DNA of 64,000 nt from Mobula hypostoma (Eukaryota): contig NC_086097.1 in the NCBI RefSeq assembly GCF_963921235.1, forward strand, positions 237,462,001 to 237,526,000, written 5' to 3'. Positions 28,258 through 39,470 of this stretch are shown here, one piece after another. Numbering within the stretch: the stretch's first letter is position 1; each line of letters begins with the position of its first letter. The translations under genes and the position numbers were made by a program. Under the pieces are notes generated by a model. It did not search any database and was not told the DNA's origin. It worked only from the letters and a program-made list of their open reading frames with translations.

Positions 28258-28657
28258 AAAATACGTTTACAAAAATGTGGACTATCCTCAGGAAATGTTC
28301 AGTTGAGTTGTTTCTCTTTCCTGCAGATACCAATTACATTAATCAATAAGGAAGCCTCAAGTGAAATGTTAGGATAATCTTCCAAGGCATCAGAGGTTGA
28401 ACAGAGTCTGGCTTTAGCGTTAATCTTCTAATGTGCATTTGCTGCCTTCAGAATACCATCCCTTCAAAACAGCTGCTTCGAATCACTTCCCTTGTGTCCA
28501 ATTTTGAACACCGTAGCTCAGAAAGAATCTTGATGCATTTCTGAAAATAACAACAAAGATTCTAAAGCTTAAGATAGTGAGCTCCAAGAAAAGATTTTTA
28601 CACTGAATAGATTTCCATTAAAGATAAGAAAATTTGGAGGAGGGATTTCAATAGGGA
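28258..28657 (+). repeat. Local duplication, copy 2 (core at 28334-28520)
   Basis: Direct repeat of 24543-24941. Confidence 0.92.
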
Positions 28658-28789
28658 GGCTGTCAGTTAGTTTGGGAAGTAGATTGCTGGGTTTGGTGGT
28701 GATGCGTTCCTGCACTGTCACAAGCTTTGAGGCTATGTATTGAAGGCTAATTTTGGGGTGGGGGAGGGTACGAAGTGCTGCCCAGGTAA

Positions 28790-29145
28790 GTGCACCTGAC
28801 GATTAATGCAACTATCTAACTGGTAGTGTTTTGAGTGTCTCAGAAACTGTTGATCTCCTGGGATTTTCATGCACAAGTCTCTAAAGTTTATCAAGAACGT
28901 TGCAAGAAACAAAAAAAAAATCCAGTGAGCAGCAGCTCTGTGGGCAAATACATCTTGCTAATATGAGAGGTCAGAGGAGAATGGTCAGACTGGTTCAGAC
29001 CTAACAGGAGGGCAACAGTAACCCAAACAACCGTGCAATACCACAGTGATGTCCAGAAGAGCAGAACATGTCAAACCTTGAAATGGATGGGCTATGGCAG
29101 CAGAAGACCATAAACATGAAGTCAGTGGCCCTTTTATTAGGTACT
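28790..29145 (+). mobile_element. Tc1-like fragment (fourth copy)
   Basis: tgagtgtctcagaaactg..gatctcctgggatttt ... cagtggcc.ttttattaggtac, as in 7019. Confidence 0.7.
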
Positions 29146-29444
29146 GCAGAATCAGAATTAGGCAATGCCCATCGAATCTGTTCTGACATTCCATCATGGC
29201 TGATTTAGTACTGTTTTCCACCCCCTGCCCCATTCTCCCGCCTTCCACCTGTAACCTTGGACGCTCTGAACAATCAAGAACCCATCAACCTTTGCTTCAT
29301 TTTGCGACATATTCTGTGTTGAATTTACAGTTTTTCTTATTATTATGTATTGCAAGGCACTGCTGTATTTTGTTTACTACAAATTTCACGACATACTGTG
29401 TGCCAGTGACCAGACTCAGAATCAGGGTTATTATCACCTGCACA

Positions 29445-30150
29445 TGTCATGAAATTCGTTAACTTTGTAGCAGCAGTAAAATGCAACACATGATAATAGA
29501 GAAAGAAAACAAAGTAAATCAATTACAGTAACTATATATGTAAATTAAATAGCTCGATTAAAAATAGTGCAAAGCAATGGGAAGACAGTATGTCCTGGGT
29601 GATGGAGATCCTTAATACTGGATGCCGCCTTTCTGAGGCACCATTCCTTAAAGATGTATTGGATACTACGGAGTCTACTACCCAAGATGAAGCTGACTAA
29701 TTTACAACTTTCCTTAGCTTCTTTCAGTCCTCCCATACCAGAGAGTGATGCAGCCTGTCAGAGTGCTCTCCATGGTATGTCTATAGAAGTTTTCAAGTGA
29801 CAAACTAAATCTCTTCAATCTTCTAATGAAATATAGCTGCTGTCTTGACTTCTTTATAGCTGCATCGATATGTTGGGACAAGGTTAGATCCTCAAAGATC
29901 TTGACACCCAGGAATTTGAAGTTGCTCACTCTCTCCACCTCTGATCCTTCTATGAGGATTGGTTTGTTTTCCCTCTTCTTACCCTTCTTGAAGTCCGCAA
30001 TCAGCTTTTTCGTCTTACTGATATTGAGTGCAAGATTGTTGCAGTGACACCACAGAACTAGCTGATAAATCTCGCTCCTGTACACCCTTTCATCTCCATC
30101 TGAGATTCTACCAACAATGGTTCTTTTGTCAGCAACTTTATAGATGGTGT
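29445..30150 (-). mobile_element. Rex1/L2-type LINE 3' portion
   Basis: IYKVAD..TIVGRI, NNLALNISKTK, FKFLGV, QQLYFIRRL. Confidence 0.82.
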
Positions 30151-30196
30151 ATGGACTATACCTAGTGAAACACCCTGGAAAATGTTTCACTGCTAA

Positions 30197-30750
30197 TGTA
30201 ATGGTTTTTCTGTAGCAGCAGTGTTTGGGTTATGGTGGCTAGAGATAAAGGAGGCTTTGGAATGTGCGCCATCCAACGAAGAGAGTGTTTTTTCTTGTTG
30301 TGTGCCTGAAAACGAGGTGATCTGGGTCTTTCGTTTGGCGAGAGATGAAGAGAGAAGATGCCAGAAAGGAGAGGTTGTAGACAGCAGAACGGAGAGGACT
30401 TGGAGTGGGACCAGGAGTCGACGAAGCCCGGGGAAATCGATGCAGGACCAGTGGAAGGGAGATTGTGAGCTCCAACTTGTGCACATCAGACTGTTTCATT
30501 AAAATGGGCCCTTTTCTTTTTGTTTTCTTTACTGATCATTTTGTCAAATTAAGAATTATAAAGCTGAATTGTTTAATTGCGTATGGTGTGCTGTCTGTTA
30601 TTTCGCGGTACTGATTCGCAACGGGGGAACAGATCACACAGCATCCACACAAACAAGAGGTTTTGCACCTCAGATTACACACGTTTGGCAGGGTCAGAGA
30701 CTGTCTTCCCTAGGCTAACACCGCCGGCCGAACCTGAGGTTCTAGCCACA
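30197..30750 (+). mobile_element. Probable solo LTR related to 46810-47497
   Basis: TGTAA...CACA ends; shares atcacacagcatccacacaaac and flanking blocks with the reverse complement of 46810-47497; no TSD visible. Confidence 0.65.
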
Positions 30751-33256
30751 CAGATATTAAACCTGGCTCTGATTCTGATTGTGGATGTGTCAGTGATCTC
30801 TTTGAAGATTACTCGAGTGGAAAGTTCACAGGTATTTCAGTACAATAGCTACACAATTCAAAGAGGTCCACAAGGAAAGGGAGAGTCTGTATAAGTTTCT
30901 GTACCAAAGTAACTTAGGTTGTGTCTGATACAGATAACAGTGATGGGGAAGTTGAGATTATGTGAGTTCAGAGACAGCAGTGTTAACCTCCATTGTTTAA
31001 TGAATAGCTGAATTGTTTGAACAGAGAAGGTTTTATTGCAGGATGCTAGTTCCAGAGGCCTTTATAATGTATTGGTCATTGACTTCACAAAGAGAGGTGA
31101 TGTATGTGTTGCTGACTGCATGAATTGTGTTGTGTTTCAGAAGTTTGAGAGCTTCAACTTCCTAGAAGTAAACATCACCAAAGGCCTGTCCTATTCCAAC
31201 CACATAGATGTGATGTTCATAAAAACTCACCAAAGCCTCAGGAGAATAAAGAAATCTGGCAAGTCCCTGTTGATCCTTATCAATCTTTATCGATGTACAA
31301 TACAAGGCATTGGTAATTGTACAACACAAATTTGGATGCATGATTACTTGCTATGGCAACCGCAACCACTCTGCACTGGACAGGAAACTGCAGAGAGTTG
31401 TGGACAGAGGTCAGCATATCTTGGGAACCAGCCTCCCCTCTATGTCTATACTGATTGCTTCCTCAGTAAAACACCTAACATAATTAAAGACCCTCAGTCA
31501 CTCTGGATATTCTTTCTTCTCCCCTCTCTCATTGGGCAATAGACACAAAACCTTCAAAGCATGTACTACCATGAAGGGCTGAACTTTGTGGGCTGAAGGG
31601 CCTGTATTGTGCTGTAGGTTTTCTATATTTCTATGCTCAAGGACAGCTTCTACCCTACTGTTATAAGACAATTAAATGGTGCAGAAGGGAGACAAGAAGA
31701 TGAGGAATGCAGTAGTCATAGGGGATTCCATAGTGAGGGGAACAGACAGGAGGTTCTGTCAGCCTGATAGAGGCACCCGCATGGTGTGTTGCCTCCCAAG
31801 TGCCAGTGTATGGGATGTCTTGGATCGGGTGCAGAGTATTCTGACTAGAGAGGGTGAAAAACCACAAGTCTTGGTACTTGTTGGTACCAATGACATAGGT
31901 AGAAAAAGGTTGGAGGTCCTGAAGAGAGAATTGAGGGAGTTGAATGGGAAGCTGAAAAGCAGGGTAGTAATCTCAGGATTGCTGCCTGTGCCACGTGCTA
32001 ACGAGTGGGGGAGGTACGGCCTGTACAAATAGGATGGGTTACTCCTGAACCCAAAGGGGTCCAATATCCCAGCAGACAGGTTTAATAGAGCTGTTAGGGA
32101 GGGTTTAAACTAATTTGGCAGGAGGATGGGAACCAGACTGATAGGGCTGAGGAAGGGGAAATAAATCAAAGATAGCGTGCAACAGAGATAATAGAAAGGA
32201 CAGGCAGGAGATGAGGCATAATCACAGCCATTGGGATGATTTACAGGGCAATAGAGGTGTGGTGTGGTTAAAACAGAAAGCAATGAATACTGGACTGAAA
32301 GTGTTACATTTGAATGCACACAGCATAAGAAATGACACTGGAGATATTGTAATGAGAGACACAGAGATGGCAGAGGAATTGAATGCGTATTTTACATCAG
32401 TCCTCACACGCAGTATACCGGACATTCAAGAGTGTCAAGGAAGTGAAGTATGTGCAGTGAAAATTACGACTGAGAAGGTGCTCAGGAAGCTTAATGGTTT
32501 GAGGGTGGATAAATCTCCTGGACCAGATAGAATGCATGCTCGGGTTATGAAGGAAGTAACTGGAGAGATTGCAGAGACATTAACAACAATCTTTCAAGAA
32601 TTGATAGATTCTGGTATTGTACAGGATGACTGGAAAATTGCAAATGTTTCTCTGCTATTTAAGAAGGGTGGGAGGCAACAGAAAGGAAACTATAGATCTG
32701 TCAGCCTGACATCAGTGGTTGGAAAGTTGTTGAAATCGATTGATAAGGATGAGATTACGGAGTACCTGAAGGCGCATAACAAGAGAGGCCAAAGCCAGCA
32801 TGGTTTCCTGAAAGGAAAATCCAGCCTGATTCACCTACTGAAATTTTTTGAGGAAATTACAAGCAGGGTAGACAAAGGAGATGCAATGGATATGGTGTAC
32901 TTGGATTTTCAGAAGGTCTTTGACAAAGTGCCACATATGAGGCTGCTTAGCATGATAAGAGCCCATGGAATTACAGGGAAATTACTAGCCTGGGTGGAGC
33001 ATTGGCTGATCGTCAGAAAACAGAGAGAGGGAATAAAAGGATCCTATTCTGGCTGGCTGCCAGTTACCAGTGGAGTTTCACAGGGGTCGGTGTTGGGACT
33101 GCTGCTTTTTTTTGATGTATGTCAATGATTTGGACTATGGGATTAATGGAATTGTGGGTAAATTTGCCAATGATGTAAAGGTAGGTGGAGGAAACAGAAA
33201 GCCTGCAGAGAGACTTAGATAGCTTAGGGGAATGGGCAAAGAAGTGGCAAATGAAA

Positions 33257-33697
33257 ACCTGATGGCATGAACATTGACTTCTCTAACTTCCGCTAGGCCC
33301 CACCTCCCCCTCGTACCCCATCTGTTACTCTTTTTAATGCACACATTCTTTCTCTCACTCTCCTTTTTCTCCCTCTGTCCCTCTGAATATACCTCTTGCC
33401 CATCCTCTGGGTCACCCCCCCCCCCCGTCTTTCGTCTTTCTTCCCGGACCTCCTGTCCCATGATCCTCTCGTATCCCCTTCTGCCTATCACCTGTCTAGC
33501 TCTCGGCTCCATCCCTCCCCCTCCTGTCTTCTCCTATCATTTTGCATCTCCCCCTCCCCCTCCAGCTTTCAAATCCCTTACTCACTCTTCCTTCAGTTAG
33601 TCCTGACGAAGGGTCTCGGCCTGAAACGTCGACTGCGCCTCTTCCTATAGATGCTGCCTGGCCTGCTGCGTTCACCAGCAACTTTGATGTATGTTGT
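33257..33697 (+). mobile_element. 3' end of a Penelope-like element with 12-bp TSD
   Basis: TSD tggcaaatgaaa (33245-33256, 33698-33709); begins with ORF end PDGMNIDFSNFR*, then a pyrimidine-rich UTR and a hammerhead motif. Confidence 0.88.
33599..33634 (+). ncRNA. Minimal type I hammerhead ribozyme motif (PLE-type)
   Basis: AGTC-CTGACGA-AGGgtctcggCCT-GAAA-CGTC-GACT: stem I AGUC/GACU, CUGANGA core, stem II AGG/CCU, GAAA, palindromic ACGU stem III, predicted cleavage after GUC (33630). Confidence 0.8.
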
Positions 33698-35499
33698 TGG
33701 CAAATGAAATACAATGTTGGAAAGTGTAAGGTCTTGCACTTTGGTGGAAGAAATAAATAGGTCAACTATTATTTAAATGGGGAGAGAATTCAAAATGAAG
33801 AGATAAAAAGGGACTTGGGAGTCCTTGTGCAGGATATCTTAAAAGGATAATTTCCAGGTTGAGTCCGTGGTGAAGGAGACAAATGCAATGTTGGCATTCA
33901 TTTCTAGACGTATAGAATATAAGAGGAGAGATGGGATGTTGAGGCTCTATAAGGCACTCATGAGACCAGATTTGGAGTATTGTGTGCAGTTTTGGGCTCC
34001 TTATTTTAGAAAGGATATACTGACATTGGAGAGGATTCAGGCAAGATTCACGAGAATGGTTCCAGGAATTAAAGAGTTACCGTATGATGAACATCTGCCA
34101 GCTCTTGGGCTGTATTCCCTGGAGTTCAGGAGAATGGGGGGGGGGGCATCTCATAAAAACATTTCGAATGTTAAAAGGTCTGAACAAATTAGATATGTTT
34201 TAACAAATTAAATAACTTTGCCATAGTAGGGGAGTCTAGGACAAAAAGGTACGACTTCAAGATTGAAGGATATCCATTTAGAACAGAGATGCAGAGAAAT
34301 TACTTTAGCCAGAGGGTTGTAAGTCTGTGGAATATTCTGCCACAAGTGGCTGTGGAGGCCAAGTCATTGGGTGCATTTAAGGCAGAGATAGATAAGTTCT
34401 TGATTAGCCAGGGCATTAAAGCGTATGGGGAGAAGGCAGGGGAGTGGGGATGACTGGAAGAATTGGATCAGCCCATGATTGAATGGCGCAGCAGACTTGA
34501 TGGGCTAAATGGCCTACTTCTGCCCCTATATCTTATGGGCTTATGATTTCGTTGTATGATAAGATGAATCCTTGACATCACAATCTATCTCCTTATGACC
34601 TTACACCTAATTGTTTACCTGCACTGTACTTTCTCTGTACCTATTAATGTTTTGCCTTGCACTACCTCAATGCACTGTGGTTGGGTTTGATTGGTATGAA
34701 CAGTACGCAAGACAAGCTTTTCACTGTATTTCAGTGTGTGACAATAATAAAACAATACCAATTCCATTGCCCAAGAAATTATTAGACAAATAATCCATCA
34801 GCGGATGATGCGAAGCTGGATGGCAGTGCTGAGAGGAAGATATGGAGAGACTCCATTAGAAGAGCCCCTAAGAGGACCACAACCTTATCATTGGGTTTGC
34901 ATCAATGACAACGAGCTATGTTGGCTGCTGTCAGGGCCTTGTGATTTGGTTCTTGGTAAGGTCATAAAAACCAATCAGGTCAAAGCGTAGGGACTACATT
35001 ACAGTGGTCCACCAGTACTCCAGGTTCAGGGGTTCAACTTAGGGTTAACAACCCTAACTGGTCAAAAAAAATTGTTACAGAAAGAACCATGATGAATCTT
35101 TCAATACTGAGAAGGAGGACCTTCATTGCTGCTCTAAAGGTCAGTAGCATAACGAACTAAAAACAGAAATAGAAGAGGTTTCTTGGTTCCATATATCTGT
35201 TCCACCAGCAAGTAAGATTATGACTAATCTTCTACCTTGACATCATTTTTTAATGCAATTTTCATCTCTTTCTTGAATAAATTCAGTAACTGTAGCTCCA
35301 CAGCACATTTGGATTGAGCATTTCTAAACAAATTCCACCCTCTGTATGAAGAAAATTCTCCTTACCTGTGTCTGAATGGCTCACCGTCTTTCTTAAAACT
35401 ATGACTCCTGGATCTAGGCTCCTGAACCAACAGAAAATAATTACTCTGCAAAGAGATGCAAAGTGACTTGGGACAGGCTTTGAAGTGCCTTGTACAGGC

Positions 35500-36697
35500 T
35501 TTCCTTGTACAGACGCACCTCTATCATGAGGCTGTGCCCTTTTGTCCTAGACTCTCTCAGCATGGGAAACATCCTTTCCACATCTACTCTGTCTAGGCCT
35601 TTCAATATTCCAAAGGTTTCAACGAGATCCCCCCTCATCCTTCAAAATTCCAGCAAGTACAGACTCAGAACCGTCAAATATTCCTCATATGATAAACTTT
35701 TCGTTCCTGGAATCATCCTTGTGAACCTCCTCTGGACCCTCTCCAATGCCAACACGTCTCTTCTAAGATGAGGAGCCCAAAAATGTACACATTATTCAAG
35801 GTGAGGCCTCATCAATGCCATGTAAAGCTTCAGATTCATATCCCTGCTCTTGTATTCTAGGTCTCTTGAAATGAATGCTAACGTTGCATTTGCGTTCCTC
35901 ACCAACAATTCAACCTGCAAGTTAACCTTTAGGGTGTTCTGCACAACAACTCTCAAGTCCATTTGCATCTCAGATTTTTGGACTTACTGCCTGTTTAGAA
36001 AATATTTCACACATTTATTCCTACTTACAAAGAGCATGACCGTGCATTTTCCAACATTATATTTCATTTGCCACTTACCTGCCCATTCTCCTAATCTGTC
36101 TAAATCCTTCTGCATCCTACTTGTTTCCTCAACACTACCTGCCCCACCACCAATCTTCATATCATCTACAAAGTCAGAAAACAAAGCCATCTATTTCATC
36201 ATCTAAATCATTTATATACAGCATTAAAAAAAAGAGGTCCCGACACCAACCTCTCGGAATACCACTACTCACTGGCAGCCAACCATACAAGGATCCTTTA
36301 ATTCCCACTCACTGCCTTTTCCCAATCAGCCAATGCTCTAACCATGTTAGTAACTTTTCTGTAATACCATGGGCTCTTAATTTGGTAAGCAGCCTCATGA
36401 GTGGCACCTTGTCAAAGGCCTTCTGAAAGTCCAATATACAACATCCACCACATCTTCTTTATCTATCCTACTTGTAATATCCTCAAAGAATTCCAACAAG
36501 CTTGTCATGCAGGATTTTCCCTGAAGGAAACCATGTTGACTTTGTCCTATCTTGTCCTGTGTCTCCAAGTATTCCATCACCTCATCCTTAACAATAGAAT
36601 CTAACATCTTCACAACCACTGAGGTCAGGCTTGTTGGTCTATAATTTCCTTTCTTAAAGAGTGGAGTGACATTTACTATTTTCCAGTCCTCTGGCAC
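35500..36697 (-). mobile_element. Degraded CR1 LINE
   Basis: MPEDWKIVNVTPLFKKG, SQHGF, FVDDMKIGG, MRGDLVETF remnants. Confidence 0.85.
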
Positions 36698-36699
36698 CA

Positions 36700-37152
36700 G
36701 AATGATTATGGGAATGAAAGGGTCAACACATGAGGAACATTTGAAGGCTCTGGGCCTGCACTCACTGGAGTTTAGAAGAATGAGGGGAGATCTCAGTGAA
36801 ACCTATTGAATATTGAAAGACCAAGATAAAGTGAATGTGGAGAGGATGTCTCCTGTAGTGGGCAAGCCCATGACTAGAGGGCACAGACTCAGATATCTCT
36901 TTAGAACAGCGATAAGGGGGATTTTCAGCAGCTGGGGGTGATGAATCTGTAGGACTCATTGCCATGGCATTGGATATATTTAAAATGGAGGTTGATAGGT
37001 TCTTGATTCGTAATGGTGTCAAAGGTTACAGGGAAAAGGCCAGAAAATGGGGTCGAGAGGGATAATAAGTCAGCTGTCATGGAATGACAGAACAGACTTG
37101 ATAGGCTGAATGGCCAAATTCTGCTTCCCGTTTGTCTATCTATCTTATGGTC
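36700..37152 (+). mobile_element. CR1 3' fragment abutting the inverted CR1
   Basis: tcactggagtttagaagaatgaggggagatct ... tcttatggtct tail. Confidence 0.7.
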
Positions 37153-39094
37153 TCAACCTGCTGAAGGATGTGTTTTTATTCCAATGAGAGCACCTCTCAT
37201 TTTTTAAACTCAATTGAATACAGGCTTGTAAACCAAAAATCTTCAGATGTGTATGTCTAAGCTAAGAGTATAAAATGTTGGAAACCATTAGCACATGCAG
37301 AAAGAGAAACGGAGCTAACATTTCAGGTCAAAGGCTGTTCATCAGAACAAGGGAATAAAGAAAACCATTTATTTTTATGTTGCCCTGAGGCTGGGGAGAT
37401 GGGGGTGGATACAACAAAAGAATGTATATGAAAGAGTGAGGCTAGGTTTTCCTTGAGGATAAACTGGTTGATATATTAATGAAAACAGTTAGAGAGAAAA
37501 GGCATGAATAAATAAACTTAAGAGCTGTGAGCTAAGAGCAATTAGGGAGAGCAAACACAAACAAAAAGATGTGAAAGTTTCAAAGTACAAAGCCATGGGG
37601 AACGCCTAACAGGTCAAATCAGGCTGGAAGAGAGGCAGAAACTGAGTCAATATTACAGATGGATAGCCGTCCTATTACGATATAAAATGAGAAAGTAAAT
37701 TATCTGAATTCTAGAGGAGGAACTGCTTCAGGAAGGCAAAATCTATCATCAAGTATTCCCACTATCGAAGCCGCACCACCATTTTGCAGCTACCACTGGG
37801 CAGGAGGTACAGAGGTCCAAATGTCTGACTAACAGATTCAGACAAAGAGCTTTCTGGCTAGTTGCATCACTCACTGGTATGGAGACTCCACTGCACAAAA
37901 TCAAAAGAGTCAGGAGCTTTCTTGAAGAATTGAAAACTTCTTCAAGAAAATAGTGACCCCATAAATAAAAACACTCAGTATCTGTGACACCCTCTTTTTG
38001 TTACTACCATGAGGGAGATAGTACCCTTTTACCTCTTCTCTTCTTTTCATCTGCCCATCATCTTCCTCTCGTGCTTCTCTTCCTTCCATTTCATCCATGG
38101 TCTACTGCACTCTCCTATTATATTCTTTCTTCATCAGCCTTTTACCTCTTCCACTTATGACCCTCCAGCTTCTTACTTTATCTGCTCTCTCACAGCCACT
38201 GAGATTCCCCCTCACTTGGTCTTGCCTATCACCTGCCAGCTTGTAGTCCTTCCCATTCCCCCTCACCTTCTTATTCTGGCTTCCGCAGTGATAGTTTGAG
38301 TTTTTAGGCCCAATTAGCATAACCCCATTGTTTTACAGTGCATCCCAGAAGCAGCCAGCCCTGTTCTGTGAACCAGCAATCTGTGCACAATCTGTACAAA
38401 GCTGCCCTTTTAACTTAAGACTGATTATTGCTTGCAATTTATGTTAATAACTAAAGACTGGTTCTTGTTCAGACAGGAAGCTGAACAAAGAATATTGGTT
38501 GGAAGTTGAACTTACTCGAAAACAACTCTTCTATCTCTACAAGTGTCAGCTGCTATGTTGGAAAGCTGGGCTTGACGAAAAGGCCCACCGCCCTCAACAA
38601 TGAATTTCTATCACACTGCTCCCTTCCTTTACAACCTTGATGAAATTTTCTGTTTTTTTTTTCCCTTTCCATAGATGCTGCCTAATTACAGATGTCATCC
38701 AGCATTTTGAGCATGTTCAGATGAAAAGGAAATTGTTTGGGCCTCTTTGCAGAAGTACAATTTTAGTCCATTTAATCTGTCCAGAAGTAATAGGCTCCTC
38801 ATCCCAGAGTCAGTCTTGTGAACTTTCATTGCACTCCCTTTATTGCTTGGGTAGGGAGAGCAGACTCGAACACAACATGCCAAATGCAGTCCCATCAGGC
38901 TCTATACAATTGGAGGAGGCGTCCCAGCTCTTGTAATCTGTAACCCATCTTTTGAAACCCCAAGTCTTTTCCAGCTTTTACAAGGCACAAGTCAAGTGTC
39001 TCCACTTGTCTGCATAAGTGCATCTCCAATAACTCTAAAAAAAAGAACATCATTCATGATTCATGAAAAAAAGCAGATTGCTTAATTGACACCC

Positions 39095-39470
39095 TCATAG
39101 TTTGTTTGTGTGCTGTGCTGTTAGATATGGACAATCCTGGTCTTTCCATGACCATAATTGTTCTTGGCAATTTTTTGTACAGAACTGGTTTGTCATTGCC
39201 TTCTTCTGGACAGTGTTTTTACAAGATGGGTGACTCCAGCCATTATCAATACTCTTTGGAGATTGTCTGCTTGGCGTCACTGGCCACATACCAAGGACTT
39301 GTGATATGGACCATCAGCTTATATGACCATTCACCACCTGCTTCCATGGCTTCACGTGATCCTGATTGGGGGGCCCAAGCAGGTCCTATGCCTTGGGGTA
39401 ACCAAGGGTGACCTGCAGGCTAGCTGAGGGAAGTAGTGCCTTAAACTCCCTTTGGTAGAGACATATCCCC
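39095..39470 (-). mobile_element. RTE-related SINE-like element
   Basis: Minus strand has gaaggcaatgacaaaccagttctgta, similar to the RTE/Bov-A/Sauria-SINE motif GAAGG.AATGGCAA.CCAC. Confidence 0.55.

Larger units (their letters stand above)
31676..34545 (+). mobile_element. CR1 LINE retaining an ORF1 SGNH/GDSL esterase remnant, with internally deleted ORF2
   Basis: ORF1 VIGDSIVR...VGTND; ORF2 LHLNAHSIRN followed by KSPGPD, SQHGF, YLDFQK.FDKV, SGVSQGSVLG; CR1 3' UTR ends near 34545. Confidence 0.88.
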
